Assembly (NCBI GenBank): GCA_964106915.2
Contig: OZ066914.1
Direction: 5' to 3' (one strand)
Length of the DNA: 64,000 nucleotides
DNA from: Podarcis gaigeae
Taxonomy: Eukaryota
The notes beneath the pieces were generated by a model. It was not told where the DNA came from, searched no databases, and worked only from the letters and a program-made list of their open reading frames with translations. Position numbers and translations under genes: made by a program. Positions 44,329 through 56,134 of the stretch are shown one piece after another (positions within the stretch are counted from its first letter, which is position 1; the number at the start of each line of letters is the position of its first letter).

Positions 44329-46424
44329 CCAGAGTTCTATCCACAGATCAGAAACCCTGGGGGGATTTAATTTCCAGCTTGGGGTAGGGGCAGGGAAGGA
44401 AGTGGGGCCTTGTGGGTTAGAGTATCAAACCAGGCCAGGGCTCCAGGGCTCTCCCTCTTCTCTTTCTAGGAAGATGGGATGCAGAGGCCCTGGCTGTGAA
44501 TTAAGCCCCCCCATGAAGTGAGTGCAGGTAAGGTTTACATTAAATGGAAAAACAAATTATGAATCGTAGGAGCAGGCCAATGCGGCGCAGCACGAAGCTG
44601 TCTGTCAGGGGCCGGCGCCTCATGAATATTCAGTGCTCAAGTTCAGCACTAAATCTCATTGGCATGTCAGGGACCATTAGCTAGACAAGGTGTGCTTGTG
44701 TGTATGTGGGTAGGTGGGAAAAGAGATAGAAAAGGACAGCAAACTCTCATATACTCAGGTAAAGAGAAGAGGCTTGATTTGAGGCCTACATGGGAATTAC
44801 CCCAGGACAAACCAATGGCATCTGAAACTCCCCTTGCCAGACAGGTCTGTTTTGAGATAAGGACAATGTCTAAACACTGGTAACATGCCACTACCTTGGT
44901 TTATAAAACACAACTCCCTAGTAGCAGCAGCCTCTGCCTTCAGCCAGATGGTCAACAAGACCAGCAGCAATCAACTTTGGCTTAAAGGAGAGGACCTTCC
45001 TGGCTTCTACCATTCTCCCCCCACCTTTGGGCTACCTTCTCGAGTTGAAGCACACAACCATGGCAATTCCAAAGTCACCTTTCATATTAAGTCTCCAGTT
45101 CTGTGCACAGTTACTTGGGAGTTAGATCCCTTAGAAATCAGTAGGGCTTCCTTCCAAGTCAGCAGGAACGTGGTCAGGCTATTAGTTAAGATTAGGCTTC
45201 CCCACTGCTTGTTCACTTCAGGGTTATCTGATCTGACAACTGGGTATTAGATTAGATGTTAAAACACACTGATTCCCAGATAATTACTCAGAACCCATGC
45301 CATCAAGAATTCCCTGTCAAGAAAGTATTTTTAAAAACAGAGCCATTTTCCCCCACAATAACTTTAACTTAACATGCAACCATAAGTCAAAGGTTGATAA
45401 CAGATTGAGCTGTTTTGATGTATTTCAGCACAATTTTGCTCTGGGGACACGTGGCTTTCCCCCTCACCTCCAGCAGATAGCAGTTCAGCATGCAAACAGT
45501 CACTAGTTGGCTGCTATTTGGGATATATCCCACCCAAATTAGCACAATTACATTCAGGGGGTGAAAGATTCTATAGTATCTGCCACCAATGCATTCATGT
45601 AATTCCAGTACAGCCTACAATCTCCAGGGAGCATAGACATGAGGGTGGGAGGCAGGAAGAGATCTCCTGGAGCATCAGCTACAAAGGAGAACCGTAATGT
45701 TATACAACGGACAAAAGGTTATATTTGCATACATTTAAATAAGCCAATATATCCAGATTAGCAAAGCTATCGTAATTTTTGTCCCCTAAAACAGGTGGTG
45801 TACCAGAACCTGGCAAAACTCATTCCATACAGAAGTTCCATGCAGAGATTGGGCATCAGTTTGGTCCCTGCATGATTTATTCTGCATCTAAGGAAGACCC
45901 ATTGCTGACTATAGTGAAATGCTTTCCTTTTCAGTAGGTATAGGGTTTCCCCGCATCTGATTGTTGCAATAAACAAAATTACTCCAACTCAAATTTATTG
46001 CAATGCTTCCTATGGCCAATTCATGTATAAACAAAAATTTTATACATACAATGTTCCTTGGTTCTTTGATAACTTAATGCATCAGCTACTCAGGCCAAAA
46101 TTAAGCAAAGTCCTCCATGTACATAAGTTCTAAATGTGTCGAGCCTCCTAGTTTTTTTACATTTGTTTAGCTCCAAGTAGTACAACAGGAGCAGCGCACA
46201 CATGCACACGCACACAATAAGAGAGAAAGATAAAGTATGCAGGCACAGAAAGGGGTCCCCCCCCCCACTCGGGTAAACAACAGATGGGGGAGGAGATTTT
46301 CATCAGGAAAAGGGATTGGTGGGGGGGAATCTCTCTCATCTAATTTTGCCTACAGAGAATAACAAGCAGCAACAGCATCCCTGCTCAGAATATTTCCAAT
46401 CCACATTAGAAGCCCAAGTCACTT

Positions 46425-47113
46425 GGGGAAGGGTCTTGGTGGGTGACAGAGCACCTCTTTTGCATGTAGAAGGTCGCAAGTTCAATGCCCAGCATTTGTG
46501 AGTCGAGGACCCTCCCCCCGCATAGGATTATAATAAGACACACAGAAACATTATTTTAGGTTAATGGGCAAAATTAGGCCACAACTTTTATTGGTTACAG
46601 CATGTGAGTAGTATTGGCTTAGGCATTGGATGAAACAGCAATACAAGACTCCACCCCACACAGCCAGGAGTCATATCAGGGTTAACAACCAATGGGAGGA
46701 GCTTGTTGATGCAAATACAACTGGAAGCTGCCCCATGACATCACCAGGGGTCGTGCCATGGCCCTAGCCACTAGCAGGGCACCGGACAGGATCCACGACC
46801 ACCGGATTCCTTTAACGGAATACCCAAAAGAGGAGGGGTAGATGATGGCACATACCCAATCCTGCAGCACAGCACACATATTCCAATGCCTAACCGCAGC
46901 AGAAGCAATCAGGAGCAGGGAGCTGAATATGCCCTGCGGGAGGCTGCTCCCACTCACAATCCCTCCCCTCTGGGAGGAGGAGAGGCCTTCCCAGGAGGCA
47001 TGCGAGAGACTCCTACCTGAAAACCAGGGCAGTTTGTTTTCCACTAGTGATGACAATACCATCCTAGATGGATGAAAGCCCTCACCTAGTATAAGGAAGT
47101 TTCCTGTGTTCCT
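46425..47113 (+). mobile_element. tRNA-Ala-derived SINE split by an LTR insertion
   Basis: Head AGAGCACCTCTTTTGCATGTAGAAGGTCGCAAGTTCAATGCCCAGCAT (to 46496); body resumes ~46989 CCAGG..GAGAGACTCCTACCTGAAA..GACAATAC..AGTATAAGGAAGTTTCCTGTGTTCCT. Confidence 0.8.
46497..46971 (-). mobile_element. LTR (462 bp, 46958-46497) with adjacent polypurine tract
   Basis: Minus strand: AGAGGGGAGGGA-T-TGTGAGTGGG...AATAAAAGTTGTGGCC...CGACTCACA; 7-bp terminal inverted repeat TGTGAGT/ACTCACA. Confidence 0.78.
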
Positions 47114-48260
47114 TTGTCAAAGGTAGTGAAGAAGGGGAGGTGAGGACCAGCCAGAATCAAAATGCATTGAGTGGGAGCTTCCCCTTCCATCCTCTGAAAT
47201 ATGCACAAATACACCTCATCTATTTAAATGGATATATGCAAGTGGGCAATGGCTGGTGAACCTGCATAGTCAAAGGATCAAAATATGCTGCCATTGTGGT
47301 TGAGGGATTGGGGTGTGCTGGAGTACAGGGATGCTGTTTGCAGGAGCTAGCAATCCCAACTCCTCAAAAGCTCGGGTCTTGTGCTTGGGCAGCTGCTGCT
47401 AGCCATTCTTTTGTTCAGTCCCCCCCCCCCCCCATGAATAGCATAAGCTGTGAGGTGCCCACAGGGGAAGGGTGCATTTCTGGGAGCAGCCTCCACCCCC
47501 AGCAGGCATGAAAAGGCTTGCCCTAAGGGAGCTTGCAGTCTGGCCAGCCACTTTGCTGAGGCAAAAGGAAAGAGTCCGCCAATTACACCGATATGTATAA
47601 GCTCTTAATCCTTCTGAAGATTATCCCAAGGTCAGGGCGTCAGTGAATCCCCCAAAGCACAGCCTATGGTGCTGCTGGCAGCTGGGCAAGGCTGATAACA
47701 GCCAGAGCTGGCTAGGGATCATGGAAGAAGCCTTGCTAAAGAATCAGCCCCACCATGCTGCTGGTCCCAACAGAGGCCTGCAGGAAACCAGGAGCCTTCA
47801 AGCTGACCAGGAGGGAATCTAGCTCTTGTTTTCCCCAGCTCTCGCCGCCCAATGCGCACATGCTTTGTAAAGGAGCCCAGTGCCTCCCTCCTCCTCCTCT
47901 TTCAGCCTGAGCCGGAAGACACCAGCATGTCAAACAGTCAAGTTCTTCAAGGGCAGAAAGAATTCAGAGAAGCCATCCATTCAACCCCTTTGCTCTGCCT
48001 ATCTATGTTAGAAGTCCTCATTAACTGCATCGAGCCACTGCACAGGTTCTGCTCAGAAAAGTGCCCCCTTTCCAAACATGCCCCAATCTGGATCTGCCCA
48101 TTTCTCCAAAAGCAAGGTATGCTGGTGATAAAGGCTGCAATCCTCTGCAGAATGACTTAGACACAATGGGGAGTACTTTGGAGTAAACATGCATATTAGG
48201 CTGTAAACCCCTTCCTTTGGAAAATGGAGACATGGATTGTAACTGGTGAAGGTCTAGGGC

Positions 48261-48367
48261 CAGCCTTTCCCATCCTGGTACCCTCCAGATGCTTTGAACT
48301 ACAGCTCCTACGCTGGCTAGGAATTGTAACCGAAATCACCTAGAGGGCACCAGGTTGGGGAACTGTG
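48261..48367. mobile_element. Palindromic hAT MITE, internally deleted
   Basis: CAGCCTTTCCCATCCTGGTACCCTCCAGATG ... AGAGGGCACCAGGTTGGGGAACTG. Confidence 0.8.
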
Positions 48368-49245
48368 GCCTAAGCTTCACTCTCAGCCCCTGCTTCCTCC
48401 TCTACTGCCTCCTCCTGCTTCATAAAAGAGTCCTCTCTGGAGCTCTTATATACAACTACTATTATAAAACTGAAGAGCATCTGTGGCACTTCCTTCGTTC
48501 AGTGGCCAGGTGTGCAATTTTCAGAGCGGTAAGCCAAGAGAGCATTAAAACTCCATGCATAACAATCTGCATCTGAAAGGTAGCCTTCCATCCCACAGAG
48601 AACCCTGTTACAACCCAGGCGTTTTGTCTCCTGAAAATTGCCCACTTCCTGGTACGAGAGCATCAAAGTCCTTGAACGACAAAAAGGCCAGCCTGATAAG
48701 CGTTTCTTGATGGCCAAAGAAAGAACGCTGATTACCTAATTAATGAGTCTGTTCCTTCTGAGGAAGTTGTACAAAGCCTTCTGCACAATCTGAGCCCTGC
48801 CAAAGCTAGGCTGGGAAGGGGAATACATATTCCGAAGTCTGTTATCATTGTTATACTTAACTGCCTGTGATAAAGTTCAAAAAACACCTCACTTTTGTCA
48901 AGAAAAACTGGTTGAAAACTCTTAAGCTCCATTATCACTGGCCCTCAACCCATATGGGGTGCGGCAGAGGGAGGCGTTTTAAAAATAGGAAGTTTTGCTA
49001 AGGGCCAGGCCTGGGTTATGGACAAATCTGATTCTTTTAACAGACACACCACATCTGTCTGGGATGTTGCTTGTTACACGATTCTAGCTTAGGGAATATT
49101 TGTGTATATTAATTGTCACTAAAAGTAGTATAGGTGTGTAGCAATTGTTTCCTATACAGTTTTGCATTTGCCTTAGAAATTCAAATATTAAGCCCTGGTG
49201 CCAAAAACCATGACACATTACAGTGATGCAGAGTGTATATTCTGA

Positions 49246-49378
49246 AGGATGGGGGAACCAGTGGCTTTCCAGACAGTGATGGGACTCCCAACTCCCTTCC
49301 GCCCCTGCCAACATGGCCAGATATGGGAAGGGCTGTTGTCCAACATTATCTGGAAGGTAACAGGTCCCTCACCAGTGC
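49246..49378. mobile_element. Old palindromic hAT MITE
   Basis: GGGGGAACCAGTGGCTTTCCAGA ... TCTGGAAGGTAACAGGTCCCTCACC. Confidence 0.6.
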
Positions 49379-49448
49379 TCTAAAATGCAAGTGTTTATTG
49401 CATATTTCTAAAAGGGAGAAAACCCAAAGATCCTGCTGTAGCCCAAGT

Positions 49449-49777
49449 CAGAGGGGTGGGCAACCTCTGGCCTGTGGGCCAAAAGCTGCCCCATGGTCTC
49501 TATATTTAGCCCTTGAGACTTTCCAAGCAATGTGACTCACCAGCTCTACTGCCTGTCCTCCTCAGGTGCTTCTGCCCGATTGGAACATGTCCTTGAATGA
49601 AGATCATGTTTCTTGTTTGCCAGAATGGAGGTGGAGGTGAGTTTAGAATGTAGATTACTGTACAAATTTAGAAGTCGCATCGGTTGCTTTGCCTGCTTTT
49701 GTCTCCGGCCCCATGCAACGCTGGCAGGCCAACCCCAGGTGGCTGTCCATTAGGCTGCAAAGGGTTCCACACCCCTG
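49449..49777 (-). mobile_element. hAT MITE, same family as 37935
   Basis: AGGGGTGGGCAACCT ... AGGGTTCCACACCCCTG; interior matches the reverse complement of 38020-38165. Confidence 0.75.
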
Positions 49778-50664
49778 GCGCACACAGACGCCTCGCATTC
49801 TTGTAGGTAACCCGGTGAATGGCGTGGCATAAATACAGCAAATACGAACAATCTCATCAAACTCTGGATAAAAAGAGATGACAAGAAGCGGCAGGCTACC
49901 CTAAAGGATTAAGATCCAATTCACTCAGGCTTCTTAGCCCCCCTCAGCTGCATTTACCCATTATGGGTAGACCTGAGGCTAAACAGTAAGATCGAGGGCT
50001 CTACAGTAAGATCAGGCTGCATCTTGTGGCAGTAAGTAGTTTGTTCCCTCCAACTTCTCCTTTGATTTCCCCCTGAAAACAGACCTCCTTTGTGTAAGGT
50101 GTCCTTTACATATTTTTACCTCGGATTTTTTGACAACGCTTTGGCACCGCTATAGATGGATAGATAGCTGCTGTCACCTCCTACTCTTTGAGAGCTTTTA
50201 CCAGCAACACATGAGGGAAAAGCAGCACTAGGGTTATTAATAACTGAGGAGGGGGCTGGCTTCATTTGACTCTGAAACTGCTGTGGTGCTGAATCGCTCT
50301 TTTAAAATCTGCTTTTAATCAGAGAGAAAAGAAAAGAAGTTTGGACAATTAAGAGTAATGAGGAGCTTTAAAAAATAGCTCTGGGAAAATTAGCTGTGCT
50401 TTTTACTGCACTTGGAACATTTAAGGAGCTATGTTAATGTGGAATAAAAATCTGTGTGTGCCGTTTGCGTGTTCTCAGAGAACACAGTGGGGTCTCAGAG
50501 AATCAGAGCACTCCTGGTCTGGGAGTGTGGAAGGAAGTTACTCACAAGGATCTCAGTTTTTGCATGTGTGTGGCCAGTTGTGGGCAAGGGGAGAGGAACA
50601 AAAGGAACCGGCTAAGGCCTTGCCCACTATTGCTCAAGAACATGACTGACAGTTACTTTTAACA

Positions 50665-50738
50665 CAGGAATGGGCAATGCAGTGTGGCTTTCCAGATGTT
50701 GCTGGACTACAACTCCCATCACCCCTGATTATTGGCAA
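50665..50738. mobile_element. Half of a palindromic hAT MITE
   Basis: TTCCAGATGTTGCTGGACTACAACTCCCATCACCCCTGA. Confidence 0.75.
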
Positions 50739-51486
50739 TTTTGTCCTCTGAGGAAAACCCAAAAGCAACCTACCTTTTAGTAATCATTGTACTTGAAATG
50801 GGGAGGGGTGGAGATAGGCAGCGAGTGGGCAATGCCTGACACTTCAGAAGGCAGGAGAATCTCAGTTAGAGTTGCACAATTTGCCACTTCTTGCTCTCAG
50901 AGGTTTAGAGGGCCTCCAGGCCATAGGAGACATCCTTAAACTGTTCCAGGTAATAACTGCTGGAGGACCAAGTGTCAAATCCCCAGTTGTTCTACTGGCT
51001 GTGGCAATGACCCATAGGGACAGGTTTATGGATAAGCATGGATCACGTCAGCACACTTGGACGTTCCAAAGGACTGGGAGATGGTGCGATTTATGTTCAG
51101 TATCATGTTCCACAGTGTTAATTCACCTTGGTGCAGAGATGACATTGTCCTGGCAGCTGAGGACTGACTGTAAATAAGGGTGTGGCAGTCAGAGAGTGTC
51201 GCAATGCCTGGAAGCATAGGCACACACATGTCTTCACACTCTCTAAACTAATAGCAGCCAGTAGTACTAAGAAATGCTTATCACCTTGGCTTGTGTGCAT
51301 GACAACATGGATCCACAGATGGTTTAAAGCTGACAGGGCAAGAAGCCTTTTAAAAAACCCCAGATGACAGATAGCTCTACTGAGCCCTACACTGACATTT
51401 AAATCAAAAGGTTCTGAGCCCAGTCAAAACACATTCTGAAAGTAGATGAGAGAGAAATTTGGGCAATTTCCTTGGGCAACTGACTA

Positions 51487-51712
51487 CAGTGGTACCTCGG
51501 GTTACATAAGCTTCAGGTTACAGACTCCGCTAACCCAGAAATAATGCTTCAGGTTAAGAACTTTGCTTCAGGATAAGAACAGAAATCGTGCGGCGGCGGC
51601 ATGGCGGCAGCAGGAGGCCCCATTAGCTAAAGTGGTGCTTCAGGTTAAGAACAGTTTCAGGTTAAGAATGGACCTCCAGAACGAATTAAGTACTTAACCC
51701 GAGGTACCACTG
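51487..51712 (-). mobile_element. Tc1/mariner-pogo MITE (CAGTGGTACCTC family), copy 3
   Basis: TA-CAGTGGTACCTCGGGTTA...TAACCCGAGGTACCACTG-TA, opposite orientation to copies 1, 2 and 4. Confidence 0.95.
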
Positions 51713-53167
51713 TATATCCATGTATAGAGGTCTGCCTTAAATCTCCATCACATCTGCACATCCCATGTAGGGAGGCAGTCACTGCTTCAAGTTGAAGACA
51801 AGACTTGGATCTCTCCAACTGGGCACCTCCCTCACCCTCCCTGAACCATTCAAAGGTTAGGTGGATGTATTTTCGGCCAAAGGGGTCCATATTCTGCCTC
51901 TATGAGACACAGGGCTCTGGTGCTTGCGACTGACTTTGCTACATGCGAGCAACCAAGTCCCCTTTCTGCCTTGAGCAGATAATATGCTGCTTCAGCTCCC
52001 ATTGCCTTCTTGCCCTAGCACTGAAATGTGCCCTTAGCCTTGAATTTTTCCAGCCTCTCCCCAGTGTGCTGTACTCGCCCCTCTTTTTACATCTGGTATT
52101 CCTGTCTTATTATGCATTCTATGTTTTACAGTTAGCATCAGGCTGTGAGCTTATGAGACAGAGAGATGGAGGAGGAGAGGCCACAGCAGGAGACTAAGAT
52201 GCTTGGAGACTCAAGTGTGCTCCAGTGACCCTACACGAAGAATAGCAAAATTGAGAAGTGGTTTGGTGGGAAATATAAGAGGTTCCACCATTTTTTAAAA
52301 AAAAATAATTAGCACATCTAGAATATTGGAGGAGAGAACAACCATGCAGGCTGTGCTGAACTTTTGCCTCTATTGGAATCTTCACACAGCTTCATCAGAC
52401 TTATTGTGCAAGGCCCAACTCCATCTTGCTTGTTCTCATGATGATGCTAGGTAGGATTATGTGTGTTCATTTTTTCTATCTAGCTCAGGGGAGGTGCATG
52501 ATAATGATGATGATATACAGTTCACCAAATTTAGCACAGGCACCTTTTTTCATTGAATACCACATGAAGGCACCCATGGTCCTGATACCATGAGGAACTG
52601 ACCAGAAGAGTAGAGAGTGTAGAGAGGAACAAAGCTTGACGGAGCCATTGCAAATACTCAGGAAGGAAATGGATAATGGGATTAGATGGCTGGAGGGATG
52701 CTGGAGGAAGGTTTATGATGGGACCTTGTAACAGGAGGGGAAAGTAGACTGTAAAATGGAGCCATACTTGACTGCAGTTTAGAGATCAGGGGCAGACAGA
52801 CCCCTCAGAAGGATGCAACTGTCTGGGAATCAAATCCCACTTCCAAGACCAATTGAAAATGTGAGCCTCTGCACAAGGTGAACCTCAGACTGCTGTCAAG
52901 TGATAAAATTAATTCAAAATGCCCACTTTCATCCTGGGGCAACTGTTGTCTATGAATCCTCAATAAAAGAGAATCCTTTCGGAAACTACAACTCAGACAG
53001 CACCCTGTTGAAATAGGAGAACATGTAAAACTGTTATATTTCAAGACAGAATAGGTTGCTTTCACACTAGAATCCTCTTCCACACTTGAGTCCTTTAACC
53101 CTACAGAGGAAATTCCTTTTCTGATTATGTCTTTTACTGACATAGCCTCTCACTTTTAAAAAATTCC

Positions 53168-53368
53168 AGTTACAGATAGGTAACCGTGTTGGTCTGCCAT
53201 AGTCAAAACAAAATAAAAAAATCCTTCCAGTAGCACCTTAAAGACCAACTAGGTTAGTTCTAGGTATGAGCTTTCGTGTGCATGCACACTTCTTCTTATA
53301 TAGAAGGGTTTGGTGACTTCTGTTTCAGTGTATCTGAAGGATACTGGAAGGAATTTTTTTATTTTACT
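53168..53368. mobile_element. Penelope-like remnant (second family) with inverted arms and a split hammerhead core
   Basis: GGTAACCGTGTTGGTCTG..TCCTTCCAGTAGCACCTTAAAGACCAAC..GAGCTTTCGTGTGCATGCACACTTCTTC; inverted arm GTATCTGAAG..TACTGGAAGGAATTTTTTT; ACTTTT(T)AAAAA on both flanks. Confidence 0.75.
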
Positions 53369-53369
53369 T

Positions 53370-53545
53370 TTTAAAAAGTCTGTGTTTTAACCTTGGGGTT
53401 TCAATGTGTTGTGTTTTCTTGTATTTATTTTGCTTATGCTTTATAGTTCTGTGTCTTGTTTTCTTATTTGTTTGCAGTAAGCTGCCCAAAGAACTTTGTT
53501 ATGGGGCAATTTACAAATGCCATTCATACAATTAAATAAACAATA
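53370..53545 (+). mobile_element. L2 3' UTR tail
   Basis: T-rich UTR, GTAAGCTGCCCAAAGAAC..ATGGGGCAATTTACAAAT..AATTAAATAAA. Confidence 0.55.
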
Positions 53546-55212
53546 TTTGCTGAAAGTGGAACCAAAAACAGGTGTTCCAGATAAGCATTATAATCTAGCA
53601 ATTCCTTTCCCCAACAGCGAAGGCCTATCACTAATCCCACCCACACACTTCCACACATGTTCATCAGGAAGCAACAAAAGGGGTTTAACATGCAAACCAG
53701 AAGTGTCTAATTAAAGGCAAAGGGGACCAGAAGAAACTTAATAATGCTTTGCCAGTCCACATTCGAATTGGATTTTGTTACCCTTCCTCCACACCAAACA
53801 CAGAAAATCAGGTCTAAAAAACACAGCTGAGAATTACAGAAAAACACTGGAATGCTATGGGATGAGAAGACATCACTGATGGGATGCTCAATAGAAGGTG
53901 AGCAAGAAAGGAATGGCATTTCCAGAGAAAATGGCTAGTGTGGAAGTAACTATATTTGTCAAAACATATTGGGCATTTCCATTTAATAGGCACTCCATGA
54001 GTCACTGGTTTGAGTCTCTTTTTGCTTCCTTGGCCTTTCTTCTTCTACTTCTTCAGAGCTGCCCTGTTTTCCTTTCCACCCCTGTTCAGATTGTTGCCAT
54101 CTCTTTAACTGCTGTTGCTATGACCTCCCCCAGCTGCACAGTGATGACAACCCCTCTCCCAGGGGGTTTGCAGGGAAAGGATATGCAGCAGCTGGATAAT
54201 TTTCCAGCTAAGTGTGCAGTAAAGCGCACAGATGGGTTATTGGAGCACGCAGCACAGGGAACAATGTGGCAACCACAAGCGTTAACTCCTCAGCGCAGCA
54301 GAAAAGTATTCGATGCAATTCGTATGGTAATAATGTTGGCACTAACGATAACTGGTCCCGTACTACGCCTGGAATCGTGGATGATCCACATTCATTGGTG
54401 GAATTCCCACCCCCTCCCACACAATGTTCTGCTGCTCCTTTCCTCACCCACCCCACATGGATCCACAGCTACAGATTTCATGTGAATGTTCAGTGCCGAT
54501 TTGCATAAATCTGCATCTGGTTTCCCATGGAAATCTATGCAAATTTAAATAGACCACTGGCAAAGACTAAAGCTGGATTTAAAATGCAAACTGGGGAAAT
54601 TGGAACCAGACCAATGGTTAACCCCCTCCCCACAAAAGACTACCTTGCATGCAACTGGTCTAGAATAAAACTAAAAATACCTGGGGAATTTGTTTAACAC
54701 ATAATTTCAGAAAGCAAGCAAAAGAAAATTAAAAAAAACCCCAAGCAATGCATGCACACATGCTTTGGTCAAAGTCTCTTGGATTTACAGTGGGCACCAA
54801 CATCTAAGAACTGAAGCAAGATATCAACACGCATGAGGTTCCCCGTGGAACTTTTGAGGATTCCTCCTTACGAACAAACTGTTATTGGAATAAAAGGGAA
54901 TGTGCTGATAGTGAGGTTAGTAGAAATCTGAAGCTTTCCCACTTCTTTGGAATTTTGCCCTTAGTTCTTCTTGACAACTCAACCCCTCGATCCAAATCCC
55001 CAACTAAAACAAAGCCTCTTCTTCCTCCTACTTTTCATTACCCTTGACATTCCCTTCCTTTCCTCTTTGCTTGCTACCCAAAAAGAGATTATAACTGCAC
55101 CCTTCGATTCTCCTGCTGCACTGGACAATGTACATTTACAACATTCCTTAAAGTGCAATCCTAGTTTAAGGCCCATTAAGTTCAGTGGTCCTTACTTCAT
55201 GGTAAGGCTGTA

Positions 55213-55441
55213 CAGTGGTACCTTGGGTTAAGAACTTACCGTAATTCATTCCGGAGGTCCATTCTTTACCTGAAACTGTTTTTAACCTGAAGCACCACTT
55301 TAGCTAATGGGGCCTCCTGCTGCTGCTGCTGCTGGAGCACGATTTCTGTTCTCATCCTGAAGCAAAGTTCTTAACCCGAGGTACTATTTCTGGGTTAGTG
55401 GAGCCTGTAACCTGAAGTGTCTGTAATCCGAGGTACCACTG
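55213..55441 (+). mobile_element. Tc1/mariner-pogo MITE (CAGTGGTACCTC family), copy 4
   Basis: TA-CAGTGGTACCTTGGG...CGAGGTACCACTG-TA. Confidence 0.93.
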
Positions 55442-55454
55442 TACTGAACTTAGT

Positions 55455-55775
55455 ATTGTTTATTAATTTATATACCACTTTTATGCAAAATTGGCTTACA
55501 AGTATAAAAACCAATTACATAAGAGTTAAAATATAAACATCCATAATTAAAACATGCAATAAAACTATCTCATTAAAACAAAACAATAATTAGGAGGAGG
55601 AGGGAAAATATGGGAAATTGTTAGAGAAATTTAAAAAGGAGACGCAGGTCAAGAGATCAAGCGAATGTCATTGTAAACAGGCGTGTCTTCAAAAGATGAC
55701 AGAGTGCCAGTACAGACGAGGCCTCTTGTACTTCAGCAGGGAACTCTACCCGGACCACCATCTCCACAAGCTGTT
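55455..55775 (-). mobile_element. L2 3' end
   Basis: TTTATTAATTTATATACCAC antisense tail, A-rich UTR, AAACAGGCGTGTCTTCAAAAG..GCAGGGAACTCTACC. Confidence 0.65.
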
Positions 55776-55816
55776 AATCAATAAGCACTGGCAAGACTAA
55801 CTTAGTGCCCTTACTG

Positions 55817-55975
55817 CAGGGATGGGGAACATAAGGCTTGGGGCCCGAATGTGACCCTTCAGGCTTTTCTATCTGGCCCTCAGGGCTCTCTCCAATCCAC
55901 ACACTCTCCTGAGCCACACACCCTCCCGGTCGCTTTTTTCTCTGTTCCGTACAATGCTACTTTTGACAGCTGGCG
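55817..55975. mobile_element. hAT MITE end fragment (49449 family)
   Basis: CAGGGATGGGGAACAT..GGGGCCCGAATGTGACCCTTCAGG..TCTATCTGGCCCTCAGGGCTCTC. Confidence 0.6.
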
Positions 55976-56004
55976 AACCATGGGCAATGCATGAGCACAT
56001 GCAC

Positions 56005-56134
56005 CAGGGATGGTGAACATATGACCAGATATCGTTGGACTCACAACTCATTCCCAGCCAGTATGGCCAATGGTCAGGGATGGTGGGAACTGCAGTCCTG
56101 CATCATCTGGAGGTCCCCAAGTTCCCCATCCCGG
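56005..56134. mobile_element. Old palindromic hAT MITE
   Basis: CAGGGATGGTGAAC..CCAGATATCGTTGGACT..ATCTGGAGGTCCCCAAGTTCCCCATCCC. Confidence 0.7.

Noticed and set aside
53898-54485. 195-aa ORF with hydrophobic stretches
   Set aside because: Hydrophobicity comes from CT-rich low-complexity DNA; non-ATG start; no family recognised.
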